Shown here: positions 11,870 to 24,249 of the stretch, piece after piece | Layout of the letters: every line of letters begins with the position of its first letter | How positions within the stretch are numbered: the stretch's first letter is position 1 | The notes under the pieces: generated by a model | Told to the model about the DNA's origin: nothing | Databases searched by the model: none | The model's input: only the letters and a program-made list of their open reading frames with translations | DNA from: Octopus bimaculoides | Taxonomy: Eukaryota | Length of the DNA stretch: 49,128 nucleotides | Direction of reading: 5' to 3' | Assembly (NCBI RefSeq): GCF_001194135.2 | Contig: NC_069006.1 | Span: 11,984,381 to 12,033,508, forward strand | Translations under genes and position numbers: made by a program

Positions 11870-14725
11870 ACTTGGACAGAGATTTAGAGACTTATTACTC
11901 GAAGCCTTTGACGAAATAGAGGGGGATGTAGCTTCACACGATGTGGAAGACAACTGGTTGTTTCTACAGGACAACCTGCTGAGGGCCACTGACCAGATCT
12001 GTGGATGGTGCAAAGTCCTCTCTCAAACCAAAATAATGTGGTGGTGGAACAATGTTGTTGACAGAGCTATTAGACAAAAGAAACAGGCCTGGATGGACTG
12101 GAAGAATGGTGGTAGCAGGGAATTGTATCAGACTGCCAGAAGGGAAGCTAGGTGACAGGTTTATTTAGCCAGACGGGAAGCAGATAAGAAAAAATTTGCC
12201 AATGTTCTGCGCCGTGAGGACCAAAGACTTGAAGTATTTCATGTTGCAAGACAGTGTGTGAGAGAGAATCGTGATGTCATGGGAGAGAAATGTGTTCGCA
12301 TGGATGATGGTACGCTTGCACNNNNNNNNNNNNNNNNNNNNNNNNNNNNNNNNNNNNNNNNNNNNNNNNNNNNNNNNNNNNNNNNNNNNNNNNNNNNNNN
12401 NNNNNNNNNNNNNNNNNNNNNNNNNNNNNNNNNNNNNNNNNNNNNNNNNNNNNNNNNNNNNNNNNNNNNNNNNNNNNNNNNCGGCCCATCAGGAATCACT
12501 GCAGAGATGCTCAAAATATCTGGCAGTGTCGGCTATAGCCTAGTCACCCGTATTGTTAACCGGGTGATACACGAAGGAATCATACCCAATGACTGGTGTA
12601 GCAGCACCATAGTCAACTGCTACAAAGGTAAAGGTGGCGCTTTAGATACAAATAATTACAGAGGTATCAAGTTGTTAGATCAGGTAATGAAAGTCACAGA
12701 GAGGGTCATAGCCCAACTAATTAGGGAGCGAGTCAGTTTAGATAAGATGCAGTTTGGGTTCGGGCCTGGGAAAAGCACCATTGATGCTATATTTCTGGTA
12801 AGACAGCTTCAGTAGAAATACCTAGCCAAGGAAAAACCTCTGTATCTGGCTTTCGTTGACATGAGAAAGCCTTTGACAGGGTCCTCCGATCCCTCATCTG
12901 GTGGTCAATGAGGAAACTTGGGATAGAAGAATGGTTAGTGAGAGCTGTGCGAGCCATGTACAGAGATGCTGCCAGTAAGGTGAGGGTTGAAAATGAGTAC
13001 AGTGAAGAATTCAGGGTAGAAGTAGGGGTCCATCAAAGTTCAGTCCTCAGCCCCCTCCTATTTATCATAGTCCTCCAGGTGATAACAGAGGAATTCAAGA
13101 CAGGATGCCCCTGGGAGCTCCTCTATGCTGATGACCTTGCACTAATTGCTGAGTCACTATCAGAACTAGAGGAGGAGTTTCAGGTGTGGAAGCAAAGACT
13201 AGAATTGAAGGGCCTTAGAGTCAACCTAGCTAAAACCAAAGTCCTAATAAGTAGGAAGGTAGACAAAACACTAACCCCTTCAGGTAGATGGCCCTGCTAG
13301 ATCTGTAGAAAAGGCATAGGCAGAAACTATATAAGATGCACCAAGTGCAAGCTTTGGACACATAAGAGGTGCAGCAATATCAAAGGCNNNNNNNNNNNNN
13401 NNNNNNNNNNNNNNNNNNNNNNNNNNNNNNNNNNNNNNNNNNNNNNNNNNNNNNNNNNNNNNNNNNNNNNNNNNNNNNNNNNNNNNNNNNNNNNNNNNNN
13501 NNNNNNNNNNNNNNNNNNNNNNNNNNNNNNNNNNNNNNNNNNNNNNNNNNNNNNNNNNNNNNNNNNNNNNNNNNNNNNNNNNNNNNNNNNNNNNNNNNNN
13601 NNNNNNNNNNNNNNNNNNNNNNNNNNNNNNNNNNNNNNNNNNNNNNNNNNNNNNNNNNNNNNNNNNNNNNNNNNNNNNNNNNNNNNNNNNNNNNNNNNNN
13701 NNNNNNNNNNNNNNNNNNNNNNNNNNNNNNNNNNNNNNNNNNNNNNNNNNNNNNNNNNNNNNNNNNNNNNNNNNNNNNNNNNNNNNNNNNNNNNNNNNNN
13801 NNNNNNNNNNNNNNNNNNNNNNNNNNNNNNNNNNNNNNNNNNNNNNNNNNNNNNNNNNNNNNNNNNNNNNNNNNNNNNNNNNNNNNNNNNNNNNNNNNNN
13901 NNNNNNNNNNNNNNNNNNNNNNNNNNNNNNNNNNNNNNNNNNNNNNNNNNNNNNNNNNNNNNNNNNNNNNNNNNNNNNNNNNNNNNNNNNNNNNNNNNNN
14001 NNNNNNNNNNNNNNNNNNNNNNNNNNNNNNNNNNAAGACCTGGGATGAGGTGGTGAGGCACGACCTTTGAACATTGGCCCTCACCAAGGCGATGACTTCT
14101 GACCAAGACCTTTGGAAATATGCTGTGCGTGAGAAGACCCGGCAAGCCAAGTGAGACCTAAATCCAAGGCCTCCACCAGGGGTGTAGCCAGCCCACTTAT
14201 GCGTACCTTTCCTTCATTGGACACTAAACTTCACTTGCGAAGACCTGTTAAGACAAGTGAAATCGGAATCGAAATCAAACTAAATTAGACGACTGGCACC
14301 CATGCCAACATCGTCTCCTTCATTGGACATGAAACTTGGCTTGTGAAGACCTGTTGGGGCAAGCGAAAGCGAAATCGTGATGGCACCTGTGCCCAGCCTC
14401 GCTTTCCTGGCACTTGTGCCGGTAGCATGTGTAAAGACATTCAAGCGAGATCGTGCCAGTGCCCCTGGACTGGCTCCTGTGCAGGTGTCACGTAAAATAT
14501 ACCATTTTGAGTGTAGCCGTTGCCAGTACCAATTGACTGGCCTTCGTGCTGGTGGCACGTAAAAGTACTCACTACACTCTCAGAGTGGTTGGCATTAGGA
14601 AGGGCATCCAGCTGTAGAAACTCTGCCAAATCAGATTGGAGCCTGGTGTAGCCATCTGGTTGACCAGTCCTCAGCCAAATCGTCCAACCCATGCTAGCAT
14701 GGAAAGCGGACGTTAAACGATGATG
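11870..14725 (+). mobile_element. RTE-clade LINE with reverse-transcriptase pseudogene (5'-truncated, two N gaps)
   Basis: RT motifs YKGKGGALDTNNYRGIKLL, QFGF..GKSTIDAIF, GVHQSSVLSPLLF and LLYADDL. In-frame stops at ~12153, ~12813 and ~13298 plus a frameshift near 12865. KTWDEVVRHDL C-terminus, long 3' UTR, (GAT)n tail. Confidence 0.95.
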
Positions 14726-14760
14726 ATCATGATGATATATATATATATATATATTTGTAT

Positions 14761-14957
14761 GCGTATCAGGACAATTACTTTCCCCCCCAATAGGACAATT
14801 TACCCCGATGACAACTACCCCCCAGGACAATTACTCTCTTTGGTTAATTACCCCACCACCAATATATAAAGAAGTTTTAAATTATCATCTGTTGTGCTCG
14901 GGGATAAATGTCCTCGGGAGGGGGTATTGTTCATGGGGGGTAAATGCCCTAGACTCG
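14761..14957. mobile_element. Short foldback/MITE-like element with inverted arrays of GGACAATTACCCC-like repeats
   Basis: Four ggacaatt(a)cccc-like units at 14768-14835. Reverse-complement units (gggataaatgtcct; ggggtattgttcat; gggggtaaatgccct) at 14900-14950. Confidence 0.6.
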
Positions 14958-14967
14958 TGTGTCTGTA

Positions 14968-16581
14968 CAGTGTTGGTATTTAATTTAAGAACGCTAGTAT
15001 ACTAATGTTAAAATGGCATTTTTTATATATTCAAGTTGTAAATTGCGAACTAAGATGTGTATCAACATAAAGAAAATTTCACAAGCTTTAATATGGTATA
15101 CAGCTTTACAGCATAACATCAACATATTAATTTTAATTTGAAAATAAACTTTATTTTACGTAATTTACGATGCCACTTAATTTAAGAACGATTTTTAAAA
15201 TTTTGTTTTTTTTGTTTTTTTTTCTTATTGACTAATATAAAAGTAGGGTAATTTGCATGCTGTTACAATTTTTAAGTTACTTAACAGTTGTGATGGGTAA
15301 AAGACAAAACTTAACACCAGAAACCAGAGCAAGGGTTGTTCAGTTTAGTAGGCTGAAATGGTCATATAAAGCTATTTCAAATGAAGTTAGATGCTCTAAG
15401 ACAGCCATCTACAATGCTGTCCATCTTTATAAAGAAACTAATGATTATAAAGACTGCTCTTGACCTGGGCAACCAAGAAAAACAACGGCAAGAATGGATA
15501 ATGAAAAATAACCACTGTTGACATTTTAAAAGAAATTTGGCAAAAATATGGACTTACCATTGGAGTGTCCACCATAAAAAAAACCCCATCTCAAAGAGTT
15601 TTGACTTCTAAGAAGAGTCTCTCGCAAAAGCCATACATTTCTTTAAAAAATCAACGTGCCTGAATACAGTTCGCAAAAGAGCATTTGAATTGGAGTCCAG
15701 TAGATTGGTCAAATGTGTTGTGGTCAGATGAGTCAAAGTTCAACTTGTTCAGCAGTGATGGCAGGAAGTATGTAAGAAAGTGCATAGGTGAAGAGTATCA
15801 TCCAGAATGCATCTGACCTACAATTAAACATGGTGGTGGAAGTGTGATGTGTCTGGAAAAGGCACAGGTCCTATAATTCAAACCAAGGGCATTATAGATA
15901 GTAAGTCCTATCTAGAAATATTGGATAAGACTATGCTTCCATACACCTGAAAGCATTTGGACTGATCTTCGACTTTCCAGCATGACAATGATTGGAAACA
16001 GACCTTGCACCTAGTCAGAGATTACATTAGGTCTAAGAGAGTTCAATGGATGCAGTGACTGGTGCAGTCACCTGACCTAAATCTCATCAAAAATCTTTGC
16101 AAAATGTTGGGTAGAGCTGTGCAAAGTAGTAAGCCAAAGAATAAGGATGATTTTTTTAAACATCATTAGCCAAAATTGGGAAAACATCTCAGGAGCAGTG
16201 ATAAATGATTTGAACGATTCTATGTTTCGCAGATGCAAAGCAGTATTAAGTAATTTTGGATATCTTACAAAATACTAATTGTGTGAGATTATTATTGTTT
16301 TTTTTTTGTTGATCTCAGAATGAACTTTTTAAAAGCAAAAAAATGAAATTTTACAAATCGTTCTTAAGTTAAATGACGCTATAAATTACAATAATTAAGA
16401 TTTACTTTTAATTTAAAATTAATATGTTGATGTTATGCTGTAAAGTTGTATACAATATTAAAGCTCATGAAAATTTCTTTATTTTGATATACATTTTAAT
16501 TCACAGCTTACAAATTGAATATATAAAAAATGTCATTTTAACATTAGTATACAAGTGTTCTTAAATTAAATGGCGTCACTG
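14968..16581 (+). mobile_element. Full-length (1614 bp) Tc1-family DNA transposon with long IR/DR-type TIRs
   Basis: TA|CAGTG...CACTG|TA ends with ~230-bp inverted repeats. Each arm carries two copies of gcca(t/c)ttaatttaagaac. A transposase remnant lies inside. Confidence 0.95.
15293..16278 (+). pseudogene. Tc1-like DDE transposase pseudogene
   Basis: MGKRQNLTPETRARVV (paired-like HTH), VLWSDESKFNLFSSDG, FQHDND and QSPDLNLIKNL (catalytic E appears replaced by K), ending GYLTKY*. Multiple stops and frameshifts. Confidence 0.92.
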
Positions 16582-16665
16582 TATGTATGTATGTATGGAA
16601 AACATGTTAAATAATGATGATATATTTGTGTGTGTGTGTGGGGGGGGACAAATGTTAAATGATGA

Positions 16666-17406
16666 TCAGTAGTCAGAGTTACTCAGATCCGACCATCAGC
16701 TGGTAAACGAAGCCTGGTTTTCTTTTGAAATAGCCTCTGATTAAATATGTTTTGAAAAACGAAATGGAAGTTTGAAAGGAACGCTTATCCTTATGTTCTT
16801 TTATTTAAAAACCTATGTAAATGATGTGTGAAAACAGCTCACGCTTTTGATTTCTATTCTTGTTCTCATGGTAATATCATTATAAACATCACAAACTCCA
16901 TACAAGCAAAGTCATGAAATTGTGTTGCTTTTATAAGCAATGTTTCAAAATAATACTTTTAATTAATTCTTTTAATTAATGTTTTTAAAAACAATGAGTA
17001 TGTATGTGGTTGTTCATTTTGCATACATCTATGCAGATGCATACATATACACACATGTACACTCATACACACACACACACACATACACACACACACACAC
17101 ATACACACACATATATTTATATACACAGTTATATATTCATGTGTACATATATACCTATGCATGTACACACACACACTAAAACATATATCAATAAAACCTA
17201 TTTATTAAAAATTTCAAAAACTGTTTTTTTCTCTGAACCAGAATGAAATTCAAGGAAGCCTGTATTTGCATAAAAGACACTTAGACATGTTTTCTTCAAA
17301 CTTTCATTTCATATCTCAAAAAATATTCAGACAGTGGATATTTCAAAAGAAAACCAGGCTTGGTTTATTGGCTGATGAGCAGAAATGAGTAACTCTGGGC
17401 TCTGGA
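16666..17406. mobile_element. Non-autonomous DNA transposon (MITE-like) with ~130-bp imperfect TIRs and an internal microsatellite
   Basis: cagagttactca..catcagc..taaac.aagcctggttttcttttgaaata at 16678-16730 is the reverse complement of 17339-17398. Similarity extends ~130 bp inward. Confidence 0.8.
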
Positions 17407-17455
17407 AATCACAACCTTTCAGATACAATGTGTTAAAGAATACTCTACATTTATA

Positions 17456-18507
17456 TTGAGTCCCGTAATTTATTACTTCCGGTGAATCAACATCCCATAA
17501 ATAATGCGCTTTTTTTCAATTGCATGAAGTAAAAGTTGGAGGAGAACGGGATAAATTGCCTGCATCCACTTGCTATATAAGCAGGTATTAATTCTACCGT
17601 TTTTTTTTTTACTTATTTTTAGTGCAAGTTTTGAAGAGTGCAGTTCGATTTTAACAGTTACTTTTTCAAAGCTATAAAGGAGCATATTCGGCATATTTTG
17701 CTCTATGAGTTCAACAAAGGCAACAACGCAACGGAAAGTGCAAGGAATATTAATGCAGTATATGGGGATAAGACGATAAGGGTAAGTCAGTGTCAACGGT
17801 GGTTCCAGAAATTCTGAGCTGGAAACAACAGCCTAGAAGATGAGCCTCATCCTGGAAGATCTGTAGAGCTCAACAAAGACATCCTGCAAACCTTGGTGGA
17901 AGAAAATCCCATCGTAAGTGTTGAGGAACTAGCAGAGAAGCTTGGATTTTGTTATTCAACCATTCATCAACACCTGCATGCCATTGGAAAAGTCAGAAAA
18001 TTGGGTCAATGGGTTCCTCACAAACTCTCCAAGATTAATTGCGTGCAGAGAGTGAATGTGTGCTCTTCTTTGCAGTCATGTCTCACAAATGAACCTAGAA
18101 GAAAAACGACCATCTTTGGTTTCAAGACAAAAGATGTTCTTCCATCAGGATAATGCTTGGCTACATACAGTGAGGATGACATTCCAAAGGCTGGAGCAGT
18201 TTGAATAAGAAACCATGTCCCAACCACCATATTCGCCAGACATTGCCCTATTGGATTATCATTTATTCCAGAGTCTTCAAAATCATTTAGACAGAAAAAA
18301 TATGAACTCTGTAGATGAGGTCAGAACAGTAATGGAGGAGTATTTTTCATCACGGACAAGTGAATTTTGGAAGAGAGGCCTTGCAAGTCTACCAAATAGA
18401 TGGAAGAGTATTGAAGAAAACGAAGGAGGGTATATTTTAGATTAAAAAAAGAAGTTTGTTTATCTTAATTTTGAAAAATAAAAAATCACATTTATGGGAT
18501 GACCCAA
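17456..18507 (+). mobile_element. Internally deleted mariner (DD34D-type) transposon
   Basis: TA-flanked TIRs ttg(a/g)gtc..atcccataaat. Transposase remnant EHIRHILLYEFNKG, WVPHKL, HQDNA and PPYSPDIA..DYHLF ending GGYILD* at 18445. The region holding the first catalytic Asp is deleted. Confidence 0.93.
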
Positions 18508-19467
18508 TATATATATATATATACACACAGACACACACGTGTGTGTATGTATGTATCTATGTGTGTGTGTGTGTATAGAGTAAGTAACTGTATTCCAAGC
18601 AGTTAAGATTTATAAAACATAATATAAAGTTAAATCTATAAGTTCACAAGTACTACATATGACAAATTGATGAAGATTGCCTATATAGATATGGACAGTT
18701 CAATACATCCAAGTGAACTGCCAGTCACATCTTCTGATTGAAAGTTGAAACTGACAGTCATTAGGATATATTGAAGTTTGCAATACTCAAATTAAATCTT
18801 ACTCTACTTCAGTGTGTCCTTTTATTTTTCATGAAGGTATGCTTACACACTAGACAAACCAGATTCATTTATACACACACACACATGCATGCATACACCC
18901 ATTTATACACACCTCATACCATCCACATGTATACATGCTCACATATATATACACACATACAATATATAAATGTGTTAAACGTATACACAAAATGTATACA
19001 TATAAAATATAATATCTATTTTATTCTAGCATGTATTTGAAATATACATACACACATATACTTATTTATTCTTGCGTGTATCTGAAATACATTAAGTGTG
19101 GAAGAATTAGAATTGGAAGATGGAAATGAAGAACCACAACAACAGCACCACCAACAACAACAACAAATAATTGCAAAAGTACATATAACCATTAAAAAAA
19201 GAGAAATCCCTCTAAAAAGCCATATTTACTTTACAACTGACATGGCATGGTTTTTAGTCCAAGAGAAGTTGGCAGGGATGGGCAGGTGGGTTATGTATAA
19301 AGGTTTGTTGCTTTTCCTGGCTTGCAACAAGTTGTGTGTTTGTTTGTTTTTTTTTTTGTATTTTTCTCTTTGTTTTGTTTTCAAAGAAGACTTTTAAATC
19401 TAAATTTATTCTCCAGTGTGTTTCAATTCTGCTGATGTCCTGCGGCGTTATTTACACTGTTAACTTG

Positions 19468-19503
<36 letters not shown>

Positions 19504-19729
19504 NNNNNNNNNNNNNNNNNNNNNNNNNNNNNNNNNNNNNNNNNNNNNNNNNNNNNNNNNNNNNNNNNNNNNNNNNNNNNNNNNNNNNNNNNNNNNNNNN
19601 NNNNNNNNNNNNNNNNNNNNNNNNNNNNNNNNNNNNNNNNNNNNNNNNNNNNNNNNNNNNNNNNNNNNNNNNNNNNNNNNNNNNNNNNNNNATTAATTCT
19701 CTTTGTTTTGTTTTTTCTAGCATTCATTC

Positions 19730-20010
19730 TTCTTTTATTTCATTCTTCATTCATTCATTCATTCATTCATTCATTCATTCTTTCTGTCAGTTCTTTCTTT
19801 CTTTCCTTAATTCATTCTTTATTTTCTTTCTGTCTTTACTTCATTCACTCCTTCTTTCTGTCCTAATTTCTCTCTTTCATACCGCTCGTTCATTTGCCAT
19901 TTTTTCTTTCTTTCTTCCTGTCTTCCTGTCTTTCTTTCTTTCTTTCTTTCTGTCTTTTTTCTTCCATTCCATATCCTCTCCCAATTTCTCTCTCTTTCTT
20001 TTGTTTTCTT
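19730..20010. repeat. (TTCA)n/(TTTC)n pyrimidine-rich tract
   Basis: Directly visible. Confidence 0.9.
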
Positions 20011-20284
20011 TATTCTCTGTTATTTCTTCATAAAGAAAAGCCAATCATCTATCATCAGATATTTAGTGCCAGAATAATAAGGTATTTGTTTCTTCCAATC
20101 TAAAATCTTATATGTATATACATGTATATGTATGTATATATATATATATGCATACTTGTATGTATGTATGTATGTATGTATGTATGGTTATGAAGACATA
20201 AGTATGCATGCATGAACATATGAGTATGATAAGAATATACATTATACAAAGCACACAAATGCATTTATACACACATGCCCATGA

Positions 20285-20307
20285 ACACACACACACACAC
20301 ACACTCA

Positions 20308-20384
<77 letters not shown>

Positions 20385-20420
20385 TCACACACACACAACA
20401 CACACACACACACACACGCA
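20285..20420. repeat. Long (CA)n microsatellite
   Basis: Directly visible. Confidence 0.97.
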
Positions 20421-20424
20421 CAAA

Positions 20425-20600
20425 ACCAGTGGAATGGTAAAATCGTTAGTGCATTGAACAAAATGGCTGCAGCATTTAGTTACGGTGTTATTACATTCTG
20501 TGTCGAAACCCCACTGAGGTCAACTTTGCGTTTGATCCTGTTGGAGGGGGATCGATAAAATAAAGTACCAATTAAGTACTGGGGTCGATTTAATATCCCC
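20425..20600 (+). mobile_element. Degenerate SINE family A
   Basis: gaatggtaaaatcgttag..gaggtcaactttgcg..gatcgataaaataaagtacc..ggggtcgat. Confidence 0.7.
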
Positions 20601-20789
20601 TCTAAAGCTTCCTAGAAATGAATGGAATTATAATAGAAGGAAGCCAGCAATATTTTTTCCCCCCTTTTTTAATAACTGCTTTATTGTGTGCAGTAACAAT
20701 GTTTCATGGCAAAGGGATATCAGTAATGGCTGATTTCATATGCAGATATGTCAGCTATAGTTAATGATGCCTGTCACTGTTGTTGTTGT

Positions 20790-21255
20790 GATTACCATCG
20801 TTAACATCGGCACCACCATCACTCACCCCACCACCATTGTCCTCCTGCTACCACTACCACCACTACCATCACCATCATCACTACAAACACCACCATTGCC
20901 ACCACCACAACTATTGTCATCACGTTGCTAACATCACTGCTGTTGATTGCAGTCATAGTGGAGATGTTGTTAATTTCATGTGATTACCATCATCATCATC
21001 ATCACCACCTCCTTCACCACCATCACACTATCATCACCACCACTACCATTAACATCATCATCATCGCTATCACCACCAGAACCATTATCATCACTATCAT
21101 CATCACCATCGTAGTCATAAACCACCATCACTCCCCTCATCACAGCTTCCATCCCAACTGCTACAGGCATCACCATCACCACCACCACTGTTGTCATTCC
21201 ACCACCACCATCTCTGCGACCATCAACATCATCATCACCATCACCTCCATTACCA
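20790..21255. repeat. (CAC/CAT)n cryptic low-complexity region
   Basis: Directly visible. Source of the poly-His/Thr/Ile ORFs. Confidence 0.9.
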
Positions 21256-21634
21256 CAGATAAATTTTGAACACTGTGCCATTTAGCAAACCACTTGACCA
21301 TTTCCCAGTGGTTTTATCATGGTTTAGCTCCAGGTCAGCTGAGATGAAGCAAATCTATAATCAGAAGATACCAGCCACAACCATTTCAAACAATGTATGT
21401 GAATTAATTAACATCATTCAACTTTTTTAAAACTGAAAAGTGTAATTTGAATGAATTTGGATGCAATTTTTAGCATATCAAGCATTCACATAGAAGCTTC
21501 CTTTGTGCAGTATCTCTAGCCTGTGGTATAGACTCGTACGTTTAGCCATAGTTACACCCCAGTGCATCACAACCTTTTTCTTCCACTAACTAACACCTTT
21601 GCCACCTAAACTGTTTTCCCTTACACAAGTTTTT

Positions 21635-21985
21635 GAAGAATATATATCATTTTTATGCCAGCATGCTTCCATGAATATAATGACATCATTTTTTAAGCTA
21701 ATATCCTTCTGTAAATATACTGACTTGATTTCTTGTGCTGATGTCCTTACATAAATATTCCAACATTATTTCTTATCTAATGTCTTTCTATATATAGACT
21801 TATGTTATTTTTATACCAACGCCCTTCCATAAATATATTTATGTCATTTTTATGCCAGTATCTTTCCCTATATAGGATTATGTCATTTTTACACCAATGT
21901 CCTTCCATAAATATATTTGTCATTTTATGACAATGTCCTTCCATAAATATACTGATGTCATTTCTATGCCCCTGTCTTTCCATAA
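21635..21985. repeat. Diverged 39-bp minisatellite, ~9 units
   Basis: Consensus cttccataaatata(tt)tatgtcatttttatgccaatgtc repeated head to tail. One unit is 36 bp. Confidence 0.85.
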
Positions 21986-22699
21986 CTTTAATTTCATTCC
22001 GCCATTTCCCCTCCACTCAAACTAGATAGAATTCATTTACCCACTTGTTATTCATGTAAAGCTTCCTGTGTTTGTATTTGGTGGCAACATGGCTTGTTCT
22101 GTATTTATTGTACCGCTAATCCACAAAGATCCAGCACAGCTTTAAACCAGCCTTCTATTCCTGATCACGTTCGTCTATTATTAATGAAACGACAAAGTTT
22201 GTTTGCTTGGCTAATCACAGTGTATTTCCATCAGAGATTCTGCAGCAAGCAAGCGAAAGTAATAACACTGTTTCAACATATGAAACTAACTTAAAGCCGA
22301 AAGTCAGTTTAATCAATTTTATCCATGCTAAAACTTTGCATAGATTAAACAGATTTAATCCACTTGCTGCTGCATTCAGCAATATCTATTATTGAATTCT
22401 CAAGGGCTTCTTGCTTTGTTCCGGTTTAAATCTGTACATTCTGTCATTTATCTTCCTTTTATGGATAAAGTAACTTTCTAATGAACACAAGTAACCATAT
22501 ACAATTGTTCTTTTCCTTTGAGATCTTACATTTTCCTTTCACTTTGTTAATATTTGAAATATAACAAGGAATTTGGTGGACTGTGGAAACCACATTTAAA
22601 TGCCTTATTGGAAGTAAGAATAACAGTGACAAATGGACTTATGAAGCAATGATGTGTACAGTTTGAATAGCTCCGATATGAGCTTAAGGATAATAACAA

Positions 22700-23099
22700 T
22701 AATGGTTTCAAATTTTGGTACAGAGCCAGCAATTTCAGGAGGCGTAGTCAATTCTGTCGCACACCCCCACTTCCAACTGCTCAACTGGTACTTATTTTAT
22801 CAACCCCAAAAGGATGAAAAGGAAAGTCGACCTTGGCAGCATTTGAACTCAGAATGTAAAAGCCAGAAGAATTGCTGCAAAGGATTTTGTCCAGTGCACC
22901 TCTAACTATAATAATCTTTTCTACTCTAGTCACAAGGCCTGACATTTTTGGGGAGGGGGCCAGTCCATTAGATCGAACCCAGTATGCAACTGGTACTTAA
23001 TTTATTGACCCCGAAAGGATGAAAGGCTAAGTCGACCTCGGTGGAATTTGAACTCAGAATGTAAAGACAGATGAAATACCCCTATAACTATAATAACAT

Positions 23100-23142
<43 letters not shown>

Positions 23143-23353
23143 TCTTTCTGCTATAGGCACAAGGCCTGAAATTTTGGGTTGATTACATAAATGTAGGTCG
23201 ATTATATCAACCCCAGTGCTCAACTGGTATTTATTTTATCAAACCTGAAAGAATAAAAAGCAAAGTTGACCTCAGGAGAATTTGAACTCAGAATGTGAAG
23301 ATGGATGAAATACTGCTAAGCATTTTGTCCAATGTGTTAATGGTTCTGCCAGC

Positions 23354-23406
<53 letters not shown>

Positions 23407-23410
23407 CTCT
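22700..23410 (-). mobile_element. Three tandem minus-strand SINE family A copies separated by AAT-rich tracts
   Basis: gaaaggatgaaagg..aagtcgacc..ggaatttgaactcagaatgtaaa recurs at ~22810, ~23015 and ~23250. The second and third copies abut AAT-rich or (AAT)n tracts. Confidence 0.8.
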
Positions 23411-23414
23411 TTTT

Positions 23415-23600
23415 CTCTTACTTATTTCAGTCATTAGACCATTGTCTTCCTAGGGCACTGCTTTAAAAAAATTTTAGTTGAATAAATCAGCCCCACTACT
23501 TATTTTTTTGACGCCTGATACTTATTCTATTGCTGAACTGCTAAGTTACAGGGATGTAAACACACCTACACTGGTTGTTAAGTCGTGGTGGGTGACAGAC
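23415..23600 (-). mobile_element. SINE family B, 3' module
   Basis: Reverse complement of 31310-31499. Confidence 0.75.
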
Positions 23601-23605
23601 GCACA

Positions 23606-23643
<38 letters not shown>

Positions 23644-23829
23644 TATATACTTATAACACCTTACCTCTTGCTCTTTAATTTTGTCAGTTGTTTTTACTCT
23701 GTGTAAGTTTGATCTATTAATGTAAATATCTGTAATATTTATACTTAAATATTCATCATCTGAAAGTCTTCAGTTTTTGCTTTCTCTCTGTTTGCATATT
23801 TATATATATATATATATATATACACATAT

Positions 23830-23868
<39 letters not shown>

Positions 23869-23981
23869 GTCGTCGTCGTCGTCGTCATTTAACATCCACT
23901 TTCCTTACTGGCATGAGTTGGACAGTTTGACTGAGGACTGGCAAGCCAGAAGGCTGCACCAGGTTCCAATCTGATCTGGCA

Positions 23982-23985
<4 letters not shown>
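23830..23985 (-). mobile_element. RTE 3' tail fragment with (CAT/CGT)n tail
   Basis: Reverse complement of the tail at 14620-14720. Confidence 0.75.
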
Positions 23986-24041
<56 letters not shown>

Positions 24042-24249
24042 CCCAAGCTGTTATATTTGATTTGTTTATCCGCATAATTGCCTCCACATCTGCTCACCTT
24101 GATTCCTCTTACAGGCCCTCTTTTCCCCACAGAATTAGTCCCTTGTAAAGACATCATAGTCAAAGTTCGAGTCATTTGAGTGTTACTAAGTGTTCTCTTA
24201 GCTGAGAATCTCTGGATCTCATCTGTTGACTATATGTGTATTCACACAT

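Noticed and set aside
19098-19397. ORF with acidic start and poly-Q
   Set aside because: It starts at a non-ATG codon, the poly-Q comes from (CAA)n, the C-terminus runs into T-rich sequence, and no domain is recognisable.
20925-21281. His/Thr/Ile-rich or Asp/Gly-rich protein
   Set aside because: Cryptic CAC/CAT simple repeat with no splice or homology support.
21635-21985. Regular repeat as a CRISPR array
   Set aside because: Contiguous tandem units with no unique spacers, no cas genes, and a eukaryotic context.
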